Source: Pristiophorus japonicus (taxonomy: Eukaryota). From it: a stretch of 64,000 bases of DNA. Below, piece by piece: positions 37,631-50,294 of the stretch. Position 1 is the stretch's first letter. Every line of letters begins with the position of its first letter. The stretch spans positions 46,252,001 through 46,316,000 of the forward strand of contig NC_091992.1 in the NCBI RefSeq assembly GCF_044704955.1, written 5' to 3'. Under the pieces are notes generated by a model, which saw nothing but the letters and a program-made list of their open reading frames with translations, made no database searches and was not told where the DNA came from. The position numbers were made by a program, and so were the translations under genes.

Positions 37631-38845
37631 TTTGGTTCCTAATGGGTTGATCTCAACCTTCTGCGATGCTGCCATACTATTCTGTGCTCCCTTCAGAATG
37701 TCTCCTCCTCTTCCCTGGACGTGGCCTATGGAAGAATTCCCACAGGGAAACCCATGGTGAGAAATGACCTCCTTTATTGTGAGTGTTGGGGGGAAATGTG
37801 CGAGTGAGCAGAGAGTCCCTCACTGTGGTAGCTGAGGTCCAAGTCAGCAGCGACCAGGTGTGAAACGTTGCGAATGATGCTGACCACACTGAGACATCAG
37901 CAAAGCTTCTGAGCTCCTGTCTTTTCCGCACTTCCACCAGAATCAGCCGGCCTCGGTGAGCCACAGGCCTCCTCCATCCCATCGTGTGTTACACAGAGCA
38001 CAGTGGAGGCTATAACAGTGCGAGGCTTCACATATTACTTTGTCCCGTCAATACCATTACATCTACAAGACAACGCTGTTGAAGGGGCAGGTGGGAAAAT
38101 TACATTGTTGCCAAAATAGGATGGAAAACTGGCCCCGATTTTCGACTCTCCTTTTTATTCCCTTGCCTACATTGCAAGGCAATAACACCCATTAATCCGA
38201 AGCAATTTGGGGCTCGTACATGTGGACCTCAGGTGAGAACAGAATCAGGCTCGACAGTGAAGCCTCCCACAGTTGAATATCTCAAAGTCACATTGATTAG
38301 ACTTACACATGTTAAAATGGTCACGAGTTGGGGAATGGGGGAGCTGCTTGTACCTGTGGAGCAATCCTGCATTTCTGTAACTCCCTTCATATCCTCAGGA
38401 CATCCCACAGCTCTTTACAACTAATGAAGTAATTTGGATGCATAGTCATTGTTATAGGCAAACAGAGCAGGAATGAGCGCATAGCAAGATCCCATAGATA
38501 GCAATTTGATAAATGGCAAGTTAATCTCCTTTAGGTATTGATGGTTTAGGGATAAATGTTGTCTAGGACACCGGCGGATCTCCCGTTGCTGTTCTAATAC
38601 TGCCATAGCATCTTTCAGCAGGTAACCCCCTTTGTAAGGGGGCCAAAACAAACAAATAAAAATAGCCTTCACTCTTTGGGGGTCCATGCCACAATGCAGG
38701 CTTGGATCTCCCACACCATTTGGCTGGCTGGTCGGTCTGGTCTCACTTGTCCTTGGGTAAGGCGGGGATGTGAGAACTCCCAGCATTGCCCCCACCCCCA
38801 CACATTAGAAATAGGCCATTCGGCCCCTCGAGCCTGCTCCACCAT

Positions 38846-39458
38846 TGGCTTTTCCGATCTGTCAAACTGGAGCTTGACAGATCCTCTGCATCTCGGGAGC
38901 GAGGACATTTGTCAGGGCAAGCCATATCTTTCCCAGCAAATGTCCTCAAAACTCTTGCGCCTGATAAAAGCAGATGCATAGCCTACTGTTACAGGCGTAA
39001 GAGTCTTAAAACACACAAAAACATTGTAAAATAAAGTTTTTAAAACACATTTTATTGTTAAAAACCCTTCCCATAAATGATAATTAAAAAAACTTTTTAA
39101 AAAAATCGGAAAAATATATCTATTTTTAGTACATAAATAACTTTAATTTAAATTAATAAAAATATGTTGTGCACTTTTTCTATCTTTTATTATTGGTTAT
39201 ATACGGGTCCGTGACTCCAGCTTACGGAGTTCCTATTATTATGGATGAGAATATACTATACCTGATTGGCTGCGCAGAGCCATGTGACTCCAGCTCCAGG
39301 CCTGCGCACGTCCCGACGTGCTCGCGCTGCGACGCGCAGTCAGTGGAGGCCTCAGGACCGGGAACTCGCGTGGGCGCGGCAGGAACAGGTAGGTGCGCAT
39401 CTTTTTTCTAGAATCCAGTCAAACGCTTGCGGGAAGGAGAAGCCGGGATTTCTGGGCC
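38846..39458. mobile_element. Left-truncated Harbinger-type MITE related to 4615-5351, flanked by pieces of a CR1 3' end (38803-38845 and 39459-39590)
   Basis: Shares ctgtcaa...cttgacagatc, ctgataaaa.cag and the AT-rich core with 4615-5351; ends GATTTCTGGGCC. Confidence 0.6.
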
Positions 39459-40051
39459 ATTCAATGACCCAGCCTCCACAGCTCTCTGGGGCAGAGAATT
39501 CCAAAGATTCACGACCCTCTGAGAGAAGAAATTCCTCCTCATCTCAGTCTTAAATGGGCGACCCCTTATTCAGAAACTATGCCCCCTAGTGCTGGCTTGG
39601 GGTCGATTGAGATCGATCAGCCACAACACAGATGAAGGATTCCACTGCGCTCTCAGCCTCTGTCTGTCCTTGCACATCACCCATCTATCTTCTCATTTCG
39701 GTTTGAAGCCCATCCATCATCGACTGAAGTCGACACGTTAAGTGTGCACACACCACTTCGCCCCTCACAGTTTGTGTGTGAACACTTCAGTCAGCAACAT
39801 TTTTACGACCGGAGTTTATTACTAAAATGAAATTGCAGCAGAGCAAAAACAAATGATTCAGAACTGTTGGGAATCTGGAGGTAGAAATTTATTGGTCTGT
39901 GAAACACGACATTTGGAACATTTGCTAACCACCCTTCAGTGAACATAAATTAAGCTCGCAGATGAAATAAAACCTTTCGCAGGATGGCAGGAAAGCTTTG
40001 AACAGGTTTTGACTTCAAGGCCCGTCTGCTGTCGACATTATGAGACACTTT

Positions 40052-40685
40052 GGGCCCAATTTTAACTCCCCTTGCCCCGTGAGAATGGGAGGGGTTAAGA
40101 TTTGGTCGAGTCCACGTACTGGCCTGAGGTCGCTCTGTCCCTGCCTGCCGCCTTTCGATCGTCGCCCACTTGCAAGTGTTCTGAGGCTCCCACCACGGCA
40201 GGCAGGCTCCCACCACAGGCAGGCAGGCTGCCACCACAGGCAGGCAGGCTCCCACCACAGGCAGGGTCCCACCACAGGCAGGGGTCGACTCTCAATTCAA
40301 AGACCTGACGGCGCGATAACCTGGCGGCCGGACCTCGGCGGGAGTTGCCGACTGGCCAAAAGAGGCCAAGGTAAGTTTGTAAACTGACTTTAGTAAGAAT
40401 ACCTTGAGGGCCAGGAGGGCCAGGAATGCTCCACCCAGGCCCCGCACTGAGTCCTTTTGCCATTCTGCCACCTCCCCACCAGGGTGGGCACCCACCGCAC
40501 CCAACAAATCCCCAATCGCTGCCACAACTGCACCCTCCCGATCGCCTCCAGACTGCTCCCTGCACTGACTGCTGGGGAGCGTTCCCACAGGCCCTTGGCT
40601 GCGGCCTCCTGCCGCACAATTCCCACTTCAGACCACAGGCCAGGTCGGGGAACTGGCCGGATTCGGTGGGACTCCGGGAATATTT
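40052..40685. mobile_element. GC-rich MITE fragment with an internal 20-21-bp tandem repeat (AGGCAGGCAGGCTCCCACCAC, 40185-40282)
   Basis: Starts GGGCCCAATTTT like the 20251 TIR; about 5 tandem units inside. Confidence 0.5.
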
Positions 40686-40937
40686 CTGTGAATGAGATAC
40701 AGCAGTTAGAGTTGTCCATATCCATGCACTCCCTGGGTTTACCGTCTGCTTCATGTATACTGCAATCTAGAGCTGACCCAAGACCCCAACATCTTCTCCA
40801 CGTTACCCTATGGCAAGGTCATGTTGAGTGTTGAAACCACCGGGCTGCCTGTGCCAGTCTGACAGCTTCACCTGGCTCTTGGCAGTAGACATCAGAGATG
40901 GTTTCGAGGGCTCCACTATTGCCAGTCGAACGTTTAA

Positions 40938-41352
40938 GGTGTCAACCATGGCTCAGTTGGTTGCACTGAGTTTGGAGATCGTGGGTTCAAGTCCCACTCC
41001 CGAGATTTGAGAGCATAATCCAAGCTGATGCTAGTGTAGAACTGAAGGAAATGCTGCAGTGCCGTCTTTCGGATGAGACATTAAACCGAGGCCACATTCG
41101 TTCCCTCAGGTGGATGTAAAAGATCCCATGCCACAAATTCAAAGACGAATCCCTCAACCAAAATCAGTTTAAAAAAAACAGATGATCTGGACACGATCAC
41201 ATTGCTGTTTATGGGAGCTTATTGTGCTCAAATTGGCTGCCTCGTTTCCTACATTACAACAGTGGCTTCACTTCAAAAGTACTTCATTGGCTGAAAAAGC
41301 TTTAGGACATCCTGAGGTCCTGAAAGGCGCTATATAAATGCAAGTTCTTTCA
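40938..41352 (+). mobile_element. tRNA-headed Deu-domain SINE (SacSINE1-like)
   Basis: A box TGGCTCAGTTGG, B box GGTTCAAGTCC, Deu core GCCGTCTTTCGGATGAGAC.TTAAACCGAGG...GTAAAAGATCCCATG, and an L2-like tail GGCGCTATATAAATGCAAGTTCTTT. Confidence 0.85.
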
Positions 41353-41703
41353 TTTTCGGGCTATAAGATGCACAGCCTGGATTCTCTAACCCGCTCCCCC
41401 TCTAATAAGCGTGGAGTCATGTTGCACTCCCTCCACACACTGTGCTACATTTCCCTCCAAAGGGCAACTTGCCCAGGCACTGACATAACTCCCGGCACAT
41501 GATGCAGTAACGGACAGTCTGGAGATATTTCGGGGTCAACACTGTGTTGTCAGTGGAGCCTCGCACAGAGCCAGTGCATGTTGGTAAAATCACAGGCAGT
41601 GCGTCTGGGAGCGCAGTCGTGAGCTGCCTGCGTACGAGGCTTTTCCAAAGGCTTTGCAGCACTCGCCCTGTTAGACCAGCGTACTGTGATGAGTAGACAA
41701 ATA

Positions 41704-42348
41704 GGGCTGGATTTTCGTTTCGATTGTGCCACAGTTAGCGCATCGGAAGGACGGTAATGGGTCTGGAAATGATTATCGCCCAGGCGGCCAGGTTCCAGCG
41801 CCCCGCCAGGAAGTTTGGTGCTGGTTTTGCGGCGCGCAGAGCAGTGCAGCCCGGGAGTGCCGCGCCGGTGTGCAACGCTCCCAGTTTCGACAGTGATGCG
41901 ATATTTGCTCGGAACGGGACCCGTAGCGCCCCGCAGCGAGACCGCTCGAGAAAGCTGGCGGCCAGAGCTGTCCCAGGGCTCTCAGGGAAGGAATAATTGA
42001 AAAAGGTAAGTTACATTGATATTTCTTTGGGGGTTTTTTGTGATTCACCTTTATTTGGGGGTAATACTTTATCGGGAATGTTTTTTGTGTTTTTTTTCCC
42101 AATGTCTTTTTCCCAGGGAGACCTCTCTAGGGGCACTCCCAGGCCGGCTCTTTAGCCATGGATTTTCAGTTGCCCCCCCCAGGCTAGCGCCCTAAGAGAG
42201 GTGTGGAACGCCTCTCTTAGCGCTCCACTCCACTCTCAGGGCGCAGCAACAACAATTTTGGCTGCCGTCGCAAACCATTTTCCGGCGCAACATTTACCAA
42301 CCCACCGCCATTAGCGCCCTAAAAAGCTCCCAACTGAAAATCCAGCTC
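41704..42348. mobile_element. Harbinger-type MITE
   Basis: TIRs GGGCTGGATTTTC / GAAAATCCAGCTC; no clean TSD. Confidence 0.7.
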
Positions 42349-42449
42349 TAGCCTATATGTGTCTCTCAAAAATGAATTCCACAAATAAAACAGGCCATCT
42401 TCTTCAATGGCACTGCCAGTCCTGTAGTGCACACAAACTGGCTGTCGCA

Positions 42450-42555
42450 TCTCCTTACATTACAGCCATGGCTACACTTCAACAAAGTACTTCATTGGCT
42501 GTAAAGCGCTTTGGTATGTCCTGAGGCCATGAAAGGTGCAAGTATTTATTTCTTT
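42450..42555 (+). mobile_element. SINE 3' tail fragment
   Basis: Matches 41245-41352 (tacattaca...aagtacttcattggctgtaaagcgctttgg). Confidence 0.7.
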
Positions 42556-42859
42556 ACAGTGCCTGCTAACTGTAGTGCTCCTGACAGCTGATGTCAATCC
42601 CTCTCTGAACATTCGGGGGTGGAGGGCCCCAGGCAGGTTGTGTTCTGCCTGCAGATGAGAGAATCTCCCAGGGCTGTATCTGCCTCGGGGAAATCAGCCT
42701 GACTGTCCATGGCATGTTGCTCCTCTCCTTTTCCCAATCAAAACAGAAGTGAAAGGGAATGCCGCTGGGCCAGGCAATGTGCCAGAACTGTGGCACTTTG
42801 AAACAATTCGAGATGACAAAACGCACTTGCAAAATGCTGCCTGAGCAACTAAGTGATTC

Positions 42860-43020
42860 GATGAAGTCCTTACTACTCGGGGGATCAAGGGGTATGGCGA
42901 GAAAGCAGGAATGGGGTAATGAAGTTGCATGTTCAGCCATGAACTCGTTGAATGGCGGTGCAGGCTAGAAGGGCCGAATGGCCTACTCCTGCACCTATTT
43001 TCTATGTTTCTATGTTTCTA
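42860..43020 (+). mobile_element. CR1 3' end, same subfamily as 33520-36607
   Basis: Near-identical to 36447-36607, with a (TTTCTATG)n tail. Confidence 0.9.
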
Positions 43021-44033
43021 TTACAGGAACAAAAGGGTGAACAAGAGAGGCTGGAACAGCAGCCGCACTCAAAGCAGAAACGGTAGGGCTTCTGTGCCCT
43101 TATATTAGTTTCATTTTCTGCTCTTTGCATTAGCGTTTCAGGTTATAGCAGACAACATACTGAGGCCGCCACGCCTTCCCTCTCACTCCTGTCAGGCTGT
43201 TGGTCAGCATGTGCAGGGATGGTCCTGGGACATCTAGTCAAACAGAAAGTGGACGTCCCAAGATTGCCCCTCGATAAAGGCAATGCAATTGTTACAGAGT
43301 TGAAGATTGGCCGACCATTTAATCTTACAGAACACCAATACATCTCTCGTTTTGCTCTGACTCTGGGATCAATAACAGACTGCTGAATATCACAGCACCG
43401 TGTCAGCTCAGAATGAGTTCAGTCCATTTATCAGACAATCTCAGCTCTAATGGATTTCACACAGGTCTTCCTTTTTAATTTACACTATGTTCAGGCCAAA
43501 CCTCCTTTCTTGTTTCTTTGACAGATCTGTTGTTATCAGGGAACAAGCAGCTTTTCTGTTTTCATCTCGTTCCCCTTTCCGATTCGCTCTTAGGTGGTGG
43601 CGGCAACCTGCCAGTAGCTGATTGGCTGCCTCGGAGCCAATGGGAAGGTAAATCAGGTGGGGTGTGCAAGAGGCGCTGATCCGCTGCCACCAGCTTTCCG
43701 TCCTGACTGAAAGCGAAAATAACCCCCTTTGTGTGTGAATGGCATACCTGTCATTGTTAAATCTCTTTCAAAAGCAGCAAGTGGTACATGATGCATGGGC
43801 CGGTATTTTGCGGGCATTAAAGGCGGGATCAATGGCGGGTCAGCTGGTAAATTTAAAATGATCGACAATGGGTCGTTACCCGCTGTCAACCCGCCGCCAC
43901 GCTATTTTCCCAGATGTCGGGTCTGTCAAGGCTGAGCAGACCCCACACGTAGTGGCGGGGGAGGCAATTTAGGACATTATCACCTTTTTCAGAGCCTTTT
44001 AAAAAGAATTTTGAGTTAAACTTAACCGTTTAC

Positions 44034-45548
44034 CATAGAAACATAAAAATTAGGTGCAGGAGTAGGCCATTCGACCCTTCGAGCCTGCACTGCCATGCAA
44101 TATCATGGCTGATCATTCAACCTCAATACCCCTTTCCTCCTTTCTCTCCATACCCCTTGATCCCTTTGGCCATAAGGGCCATATCTAACTCCCTTTTGAA
44201 TATATCTAACGAACTGGCCTCAACAACTTTCTGCGGTAGAGAATTCCACAGGTTAACCGCTCTCTTAGTGAAGAAGTTTCTCCTCATCTCGGTCCTAAAT
44301 GGCTTACCCTTTATTCTTAGACTGTGACCCCTGGTTCTGGAACTCCCCAGCAACGAGAATATTCTTCCTGCCTCTAACCTGTCCAATCCTGTCAGAATTT
44401 TATATGTTTCCATGAGATCCTCTCTCATTCTTCTAAATTCCAGTGGATACAAGCCCAGTTGACCCAGTCTTTCCTCATATGCCAGTTCTGCCATCCCGAG
44501 AATCAGTCTGGTGAACCTTCGCTGTACTCCCTCAATAGCAAGAACACCCTTCCTCAGGTTAGGAGACCAAAACTGAACACAATATTCTAGGCTCTGTACA
44601 ACTGCAGTAGACCTCCCTGCTCCTATACTCAAATCCTCTAGCTATGAAGGCCAACATGCTATTTGCCTTCTTCACCGCCTGCTGTACCTGCATGCCAACC
44701 TTCAATGACTGATGAACCATGACATCCAGGTCTCGTTGCACCTCCCCTTTTCCTAATCTGTCACTATTCAGATAATATTCTGTCTTTCTGTTTTTGCCAC
44801 CAAAGTGGATAACCTCACATTTATCCACATTATACTGCATCTGCCATGCATTTGCCCACTCACCTAACCTGTCCAAGTCACCCTGCAGCCTCTTAGCATC
44901 CTCCTCACAGCTCACACCGCCACCCAGCTTAGTGTCATCTGCAAACTTGGAGATATTACATTCAATTCCTTCATCTAAATCATTGATGTATATTGTAAGT
45001 AGCTGTGGTCCCAGCACTGAACCCTGCGGCACCCCACTAGTCACTGCCTGCCATTCTGAAAAGGACCCATTTATTCCGACTCTCTGCTTCCTGTCTGCCA
45101 ACCAATTTTCTATCCACGTCAATGCATTACCCCCAATACCATGTGCTTTAATTTTGCACACTAATCTCTTGTGTGGGACCTTGTCAAAAGCCCTTTGAAA
45201 GTCCAAATACACCACATCCACTGGTTCTCCCTTGTCTACTCTATTAGTTACATCCTCAAAAAATTCTAGAAGATTTGTCAAGCATGATTTCCCTTTCATA
45301 AATCCATGCTGACTTGGACCGATCCTGTCACTGCTTTCCAAATGCGCTACTATTTCATCTTTAATAATTGATTCCAACATTTTCCCCACCACCGATGTCA
45401 GGCTAACCGGTCTATAATTCCATGTTTTCTCTCTCCCTCCTTTTTTAAAAAGTGGGGTTACATTAGCTACCCTCCAGTCCCTAGGAACTGATCCAGAGTC
45501 GATAGACTGTTGGAAAATGATGACCAATGCATCCACTATTTTTAGGTT
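44034..45548 (-). mobile_element. CR1 LINE, 5'-truncated (RT plus 3' UTR)
   Basis: ORFs 44559-45563 (PQGSVLGP, KFADD) and 44123-44632. Confidence 0.95.
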
Positions 45549-45674
45549 CTCCACAGGGTCCACGCTGCTCGGGGATCCAGTAAGGTAAGGACTTGTGTGA
45601 CCATGAATTAATTTCTTTACTTGACAACTGCAATTGTGCTATAAAACCTCCCATCTCACAGCTGTTCACTTTCC

Positions 45675-45782
45675 AAGCAGGAAAGAGGTACTGAGGGAAT
45701 GATCAGCCATGATCTTGTCGAATGGTGGTGCAGGCTCGAAGGGCTGAATGGCCTACTCCTGCACCTATTTTCTATGTTTCTA
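45675..45782 (+). mobile_element. CR1 3' UTR fragment
   Basis: gatcagccatgatc...ggcctactcctgcacctattttctatgtttcta. Confidence 0.85.
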
Positions 45783-46459
45783 AGATTAGAAGCTGTTGCT
45801 TACTGCATTTGAAAGGCACATTGAGCTTTATGCAGGTTGCAAGTGTTTGGAGAAATCTCTCTATCCAGTGTCACTTCATTGGAACAATCTCTCTCACCAT
45901 TGACAGATCGCTTCTGTCATCTCAAGTTCACCTGCCATTTATTATATTAGCATCTCTGCTCTTGAACCTATCTCACCTTGGTCCTTAGAATCCCACCACA
46001 ATCAGCCCCAACACCAGCAGCACCAGGCACACCACCAGGCACAACAACAGCACCAACCTTCTCTGCAATCAACTGATGCTGCACAGGACACAGGGCATCA
46101 GCACCCGACACATTGCTGGCTAGGGATGACCTCACCATGGCCAGATTTACTTCAGTTGATGCTATATACCCTAGCTGTCACATGATGCCCCAGGTTGGCA
46201 CCAGCCCCACACCAGCACCATAAAGCATCCCCACAATGCCCAAGCCATTCTTTTCACACTCATCACCATTGCGGGCGGTATCTTTGACCCACCATTCACT
46301 ACAACTCACTCAGCCACTTCCAAAGGTGCACACAAATCTGTCCAAGAATGCAAAGTGTTGAAAATAAAGGTTTCAATATTTGACACCACATTAACAGAAA
46401 CTTTACGTCAATATTGGCTAAAACACCCATGTGCTTACCCTTGTGTGTTGTTAGTTGGT

Positions 46460-46545
46460 AAACATAGAAACATAGAAAATAGGTGCAGGAGTAGGCCATT
46501 CGGCCCTTCGAGCCTGCACCACCATTCAATATGATCATGGCTGAT
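46460..46545 (-). mobile_element. CR1 3' UTR fragment
   Basis: Reverse complement of the same tail and UTR. Confidence 0.85.
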
Positions 46546-46744
46546 TGGTATGATTAGACAACGATGAGGCTGAGTGTGAGAGGTGGCTAGTGAGATGGGG
46601 AAATGATAATGTAGATAGAGGGGGATGGGTGGAGGTGCAAGCTAAGTTGGTGTGAGTAAGAATGTGCAGAAGCAGGGTAGGGAAGGCAGAGTGATGGGGA
46701 TATGAGTGGCACAGCAGGATGAGGTTGAGTGTGGCTTGGCAGTA

Positions 46745-46965
46745 ACGTTTCGTGATCCACTGAGATCATTGATAGGTTTGTGCCACTGCAGCCTGGTTCA
46801 CCTGATGACATCCCTGCTTATGTCCTCCTGTGTAATGTGCAACCAGGCTGCGTTGGTCTCCTGGGGAGGTCTATTCCGCCCATTGGAAGGGAAGAGAGCC
46901 TCCCTGTGTGTTGTGACTCCCTCCATAAGCATGGGAAAGCCTGAGTGCAGCCCTGCATCTTTGTG
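46745..46965 (-). pseudogene. Myb/SANT (trihelix) DNA-binding gene relic of a Harbinger transposon
   Basis: Manual translation across a frameshift gives RAALR.S / LMEGVTTHREALFPSNGRNRPPQETNAAWLHITQEDISRDVIR*TRLQWHKPINDL, matching the W..I...V......RT..QC.K..NDL pattern; a TIR-like end GGGGAAATCGCGGCC lies near 47237-47251. Confidence 0.7.
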
Positions 46966-48334
46966 CAGTGCTTGTCAGTGTTTGCAGCACCTCAATGCTG
47001 TAGAAAACTGACAGTACAATGGTCAAAATCAATTTGCGCATGGTCTCTTTAAAAAAAACGGTTGATGACATGACATCAAGTGACATCATCAGACCCGCTT
47101 CCTCCAATTAGCCCGGCAAACATGCTGGGTGGGCTTTACAAGCCCATCAGGGGAAAAGCATTTCACAGAGCAGGCTGGAGCCAGCAGTGGAGTCGGTCCC
47201 CGCCACCAACCCGGACCCCGCCCGCCGGCCCAAGTAGGGGAAATCGCGGCCGTGATGTTTGTTCTCCAGGGTTGAGATGGCGATCATTCTGCTGAGTTCC
47301 AATGCATCTCTTTCTATCCTTACAGAATTAGGGCAAGAGCTTTTGAGAACAGCAAAAAGCCATTAGGTTCAACAAGCTCAATTATTTGACAAATCAAACC
47401 CATCTTCTCATTGAAAGTCGATGTGCTAACGCTTGAATTCCCAACAAGCGCTCATGATGCATGAACCTCTGGTGAAAATCGACACCACACTTACTCCCTT
47501 CTCTGCCCCCAGAAACAGATCCAAGGATCACTTGCTAGCCAGGAGGCTCTGATTGGGGAGACCTTCACAATATATCCCACTGAGACAATGCATGAAGTCC
47601 ACTCTCCTCCCAGAACCGCAGACTTGGATCTGGAAGCTGTCCAGGCCTTTGATGGACGAGCAACAAATCATAAGTGTTAATTGTGATATATTCTTACCAT
47701 CACAAACACATTGTACAAGATGGCTCCAATCAGGAACTTGTCTTGTGACTTTGTCACACAATCCTTTATTGTATTTGGATCAACAGTTGCATTACCACAG
47801 TAGCCCACTAGGTGGGGCTATATTGCATTAATCTTGCTTGGTGATCAGCCAATCAGCACAGATCTTATAGAAAGTGTACAATCATCACTGGTCATGTGGA
47901 GCCTGTGCAATCTGAATTACCCCACTTGCACTGGGCCGACACGGAAATGGACCCCCAATCGAAAACTCCTTTGTGGCGATATCCAATGTATAACAGGCAG
48001 AAAATCAAGGAAAATGATCATTCAATAAAAAAGTTACACCAAAAAGAATGATCTTTCAGACATTTCAAGAGGATGAAAGGGAATAATAAAATGAATATAA
48101 AATGCAATAGCAAAGGGAATAACAAAGTGGTGTTTGCACACAACAAGACTTATCCACATTTCCACCGTGTTCTACATCTCTACTGGGCTAATCCCCCACC
48201 CTGCCCACGAATCAGCTCTGCCATCAACCAGTCAATTATATTTAACAGTCAATGACGGCAGCCAACCACAGGCAGAGTCAGGAATTACAACGTGCTGCTG
48301 AATCTCATTCAAAGCCAGCAGGAAAACTATGGAT

Positions 48335-48446
48335 TCCCACATTGCAACAGTGACTACACTCCAAAAGTACTTTATTGACTGTAAAGGGCTTTGAGACGTC
48401 CGGTGGTTGTGAAAGGAGCTATATAAATGCAAGTCTTTCTTTCTTT
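48335..48446 (+). mobile_element. SINE 3' tail fragment
   Basis: acattgcaacagtgactacact...gctatataaatgcaagtctttctttc. Confidence 0.7.
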
Positions 48447-48879
48447 ATGATAATAAAAACAGACCGATTTTGTCACCCAGCCACGTGCTAAAACCCTGAG
48501 ATTCTACACCATCCCCCAAGCCCCTGAGTTCCCCGCACCCAGTATAACTTGATGCTTTGATGAGGGTCCGTGGCACCACGGCTCCCAATCGCCGGCTTTT
48601 ATCATCGCACGGCGCTCGGGTTAAGTTAGAATTGCAGATATGAGGTGCAGCTGTTGCCAGGTTGAGCGGAGCCTGATGTAAGTGAGGAACTTTTGAGCCC
48701 AAAGATTGCTTCAGCTGGGAACAGCGTTTTGGAAGGATGTTATTCACATTGAGCATACATAGCCTTGGATCTGCTTCTGACTGCCTGTTGGTGTGTGAGG
48801 CTCCCACCACGCACACTGAGGGCTTCTCATGCCATTGGCTATGGCCATACATTTGTATCATGAGAGGGAGGAGGAGGAG

Positions 48880-49800
48880 CAGAAGAGGATGAAGGATATT
48901 AGAATATACAGGTAACACAGGTCCTATGAGGACTTTAGTGATGAAATATATATTAGAGGAGTGCACTTCATCAAAGAATTAAAAGGGGTGCTCAACCTAT
49001 GAAGTAGTGACCACACTCAACCTTTGTGGCACTGGTTCATTTCAGGCAGGCATGGGGGAATCTCTGCAGTACAAGCCAGGGTGCAGTAAAGGCATACATT
49101 CCCAATTAGACTGGGGAATTCATTGTGTTTTGCAGCAGAGCAGTGAGACGGGGGCATCCAGTTTTACAGGGTTGCTGGCTTTTCAAGGCCCAGATTACAC
49201 TAGATGACACCCATGTTGCTTTGCAACCTTCTACAGCAAACCCCCCCCAGCTTCCTCAACAGGAAGATTTTCTGCTCCTTGAATGTGAAGATTGTTTCTG
49301 ACAACACGTCAATGCAAGATATGCTGGAACTTGACACGAGGCAATCATTCTTTGGAATTTGACCCTCGCGGAGCTCTTCAAGGAAGAAAATGCTGTCAAC
49401 AGATGGCATGTGGGTGACAAGGCTGAACCCCTGCTGCCATGGGTACTTACGTTACTAAGAGATTTGTGAATAGCAGAGGGAAGTACTATAATGAGACACA
49501 TGCCTCTACCAGAGGGGTCATCGAGACCATCTTTGGGGTCTTAAAGGGGCCCTTTTACTGATTTGAAACATTGGCAGAAGCTTCACCGTGTGCTCCAGCC
49601 CCTGCATTGTTGTAGGCCACTGGGCTCTGCTCAACCCCACTAACCAAAAACGTCCTGGACTTGGAAGTTGCTCAGGATGTAGCCCTGGCTGCTTTGTAGA
49701 CAGAAGCACATGGAAGAGAATTCCAGGATGGCTTACTTAGAGGAGTCCTCAGTAACACCCACAAGGGACATCAGAGAACAACTGATCGATGATGTCTTCT
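48880..49800 (+). pseudogene. Second, older Harbinger transposase relic
   Basis: HRSYEDFSDE, VTTLNLCGTGSFQAGMG, YRVAGF, LDDTHVAL, FLNRKIFCSLNVKIVSD, GDK and VIETIFGVLK remnants in shifting frames. Confidence 0.78.
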
Positions 49801-50294
49801 TTTACGTTTAACCACCTGCCTTTGTCAGGATTGACTTTACTTCAGGGAAAGGATTAATCCTTCAATCGAGTACCAGTCTTAGATCATAACAACACATCAG
49901 ACCTCTTTGCCACTCCGTGACTACGCCAGCAATGATCACCCAATTGAATAAATCAGCATGAATTAAAAGCACCCTTTCCTGTGTGAAAAATCCCCATGAA
50001 GAACAAGAATGTCATGAGTACATGTTCTCCTTTCGTACAATGAACCCCAAAGTGAACACAGCCCAACTGACTACCCCCTCACCATGCTTCCCCTGCGTGT
50101 TTAAATGTGACATTCTTTCTCCTACTCTATTGCTTCTCCTCGGTGCGACCTCAGAGCCAGTATCGCTAGAGATACAAATGAATCAGCAGCTGAGGTGGCC
50201 CTCCTCACACCACAACTTAATCTTGCTGCGAGCTGCATCTCTGGAATGTTTTCCTGGGCAGTCTGGTGCCAGCTTCTGCATTCCACTTCCATTC

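Noticed and set aside
40015-40834. Stack of overlapping ORFs up to 219 aa
   Set aside because: Explained by GC-rich MITE sequence and tandem repeats lacking stop codons.
40938-41010. tRNA gene
   Set aside because: The A and B boxes belong to a SINE head that continues into a Deu core and LINE-like tail; no full cloverleaf is evident.
30708-47251. One large Harbinger linking the 31 kb transposase to the 46.8 kb Myb relic
   Set aside because: The convergent orientation fits, but the termini differ (GGGCTGGATTCTC versus GGCCGCGATTTCC) and no TSD matches.
47528-47831. Possible coding exon in unique sequence
   Set aside because: Short open frames exist on both strands, but splice-site pairs are weak and no motif is recognisable.
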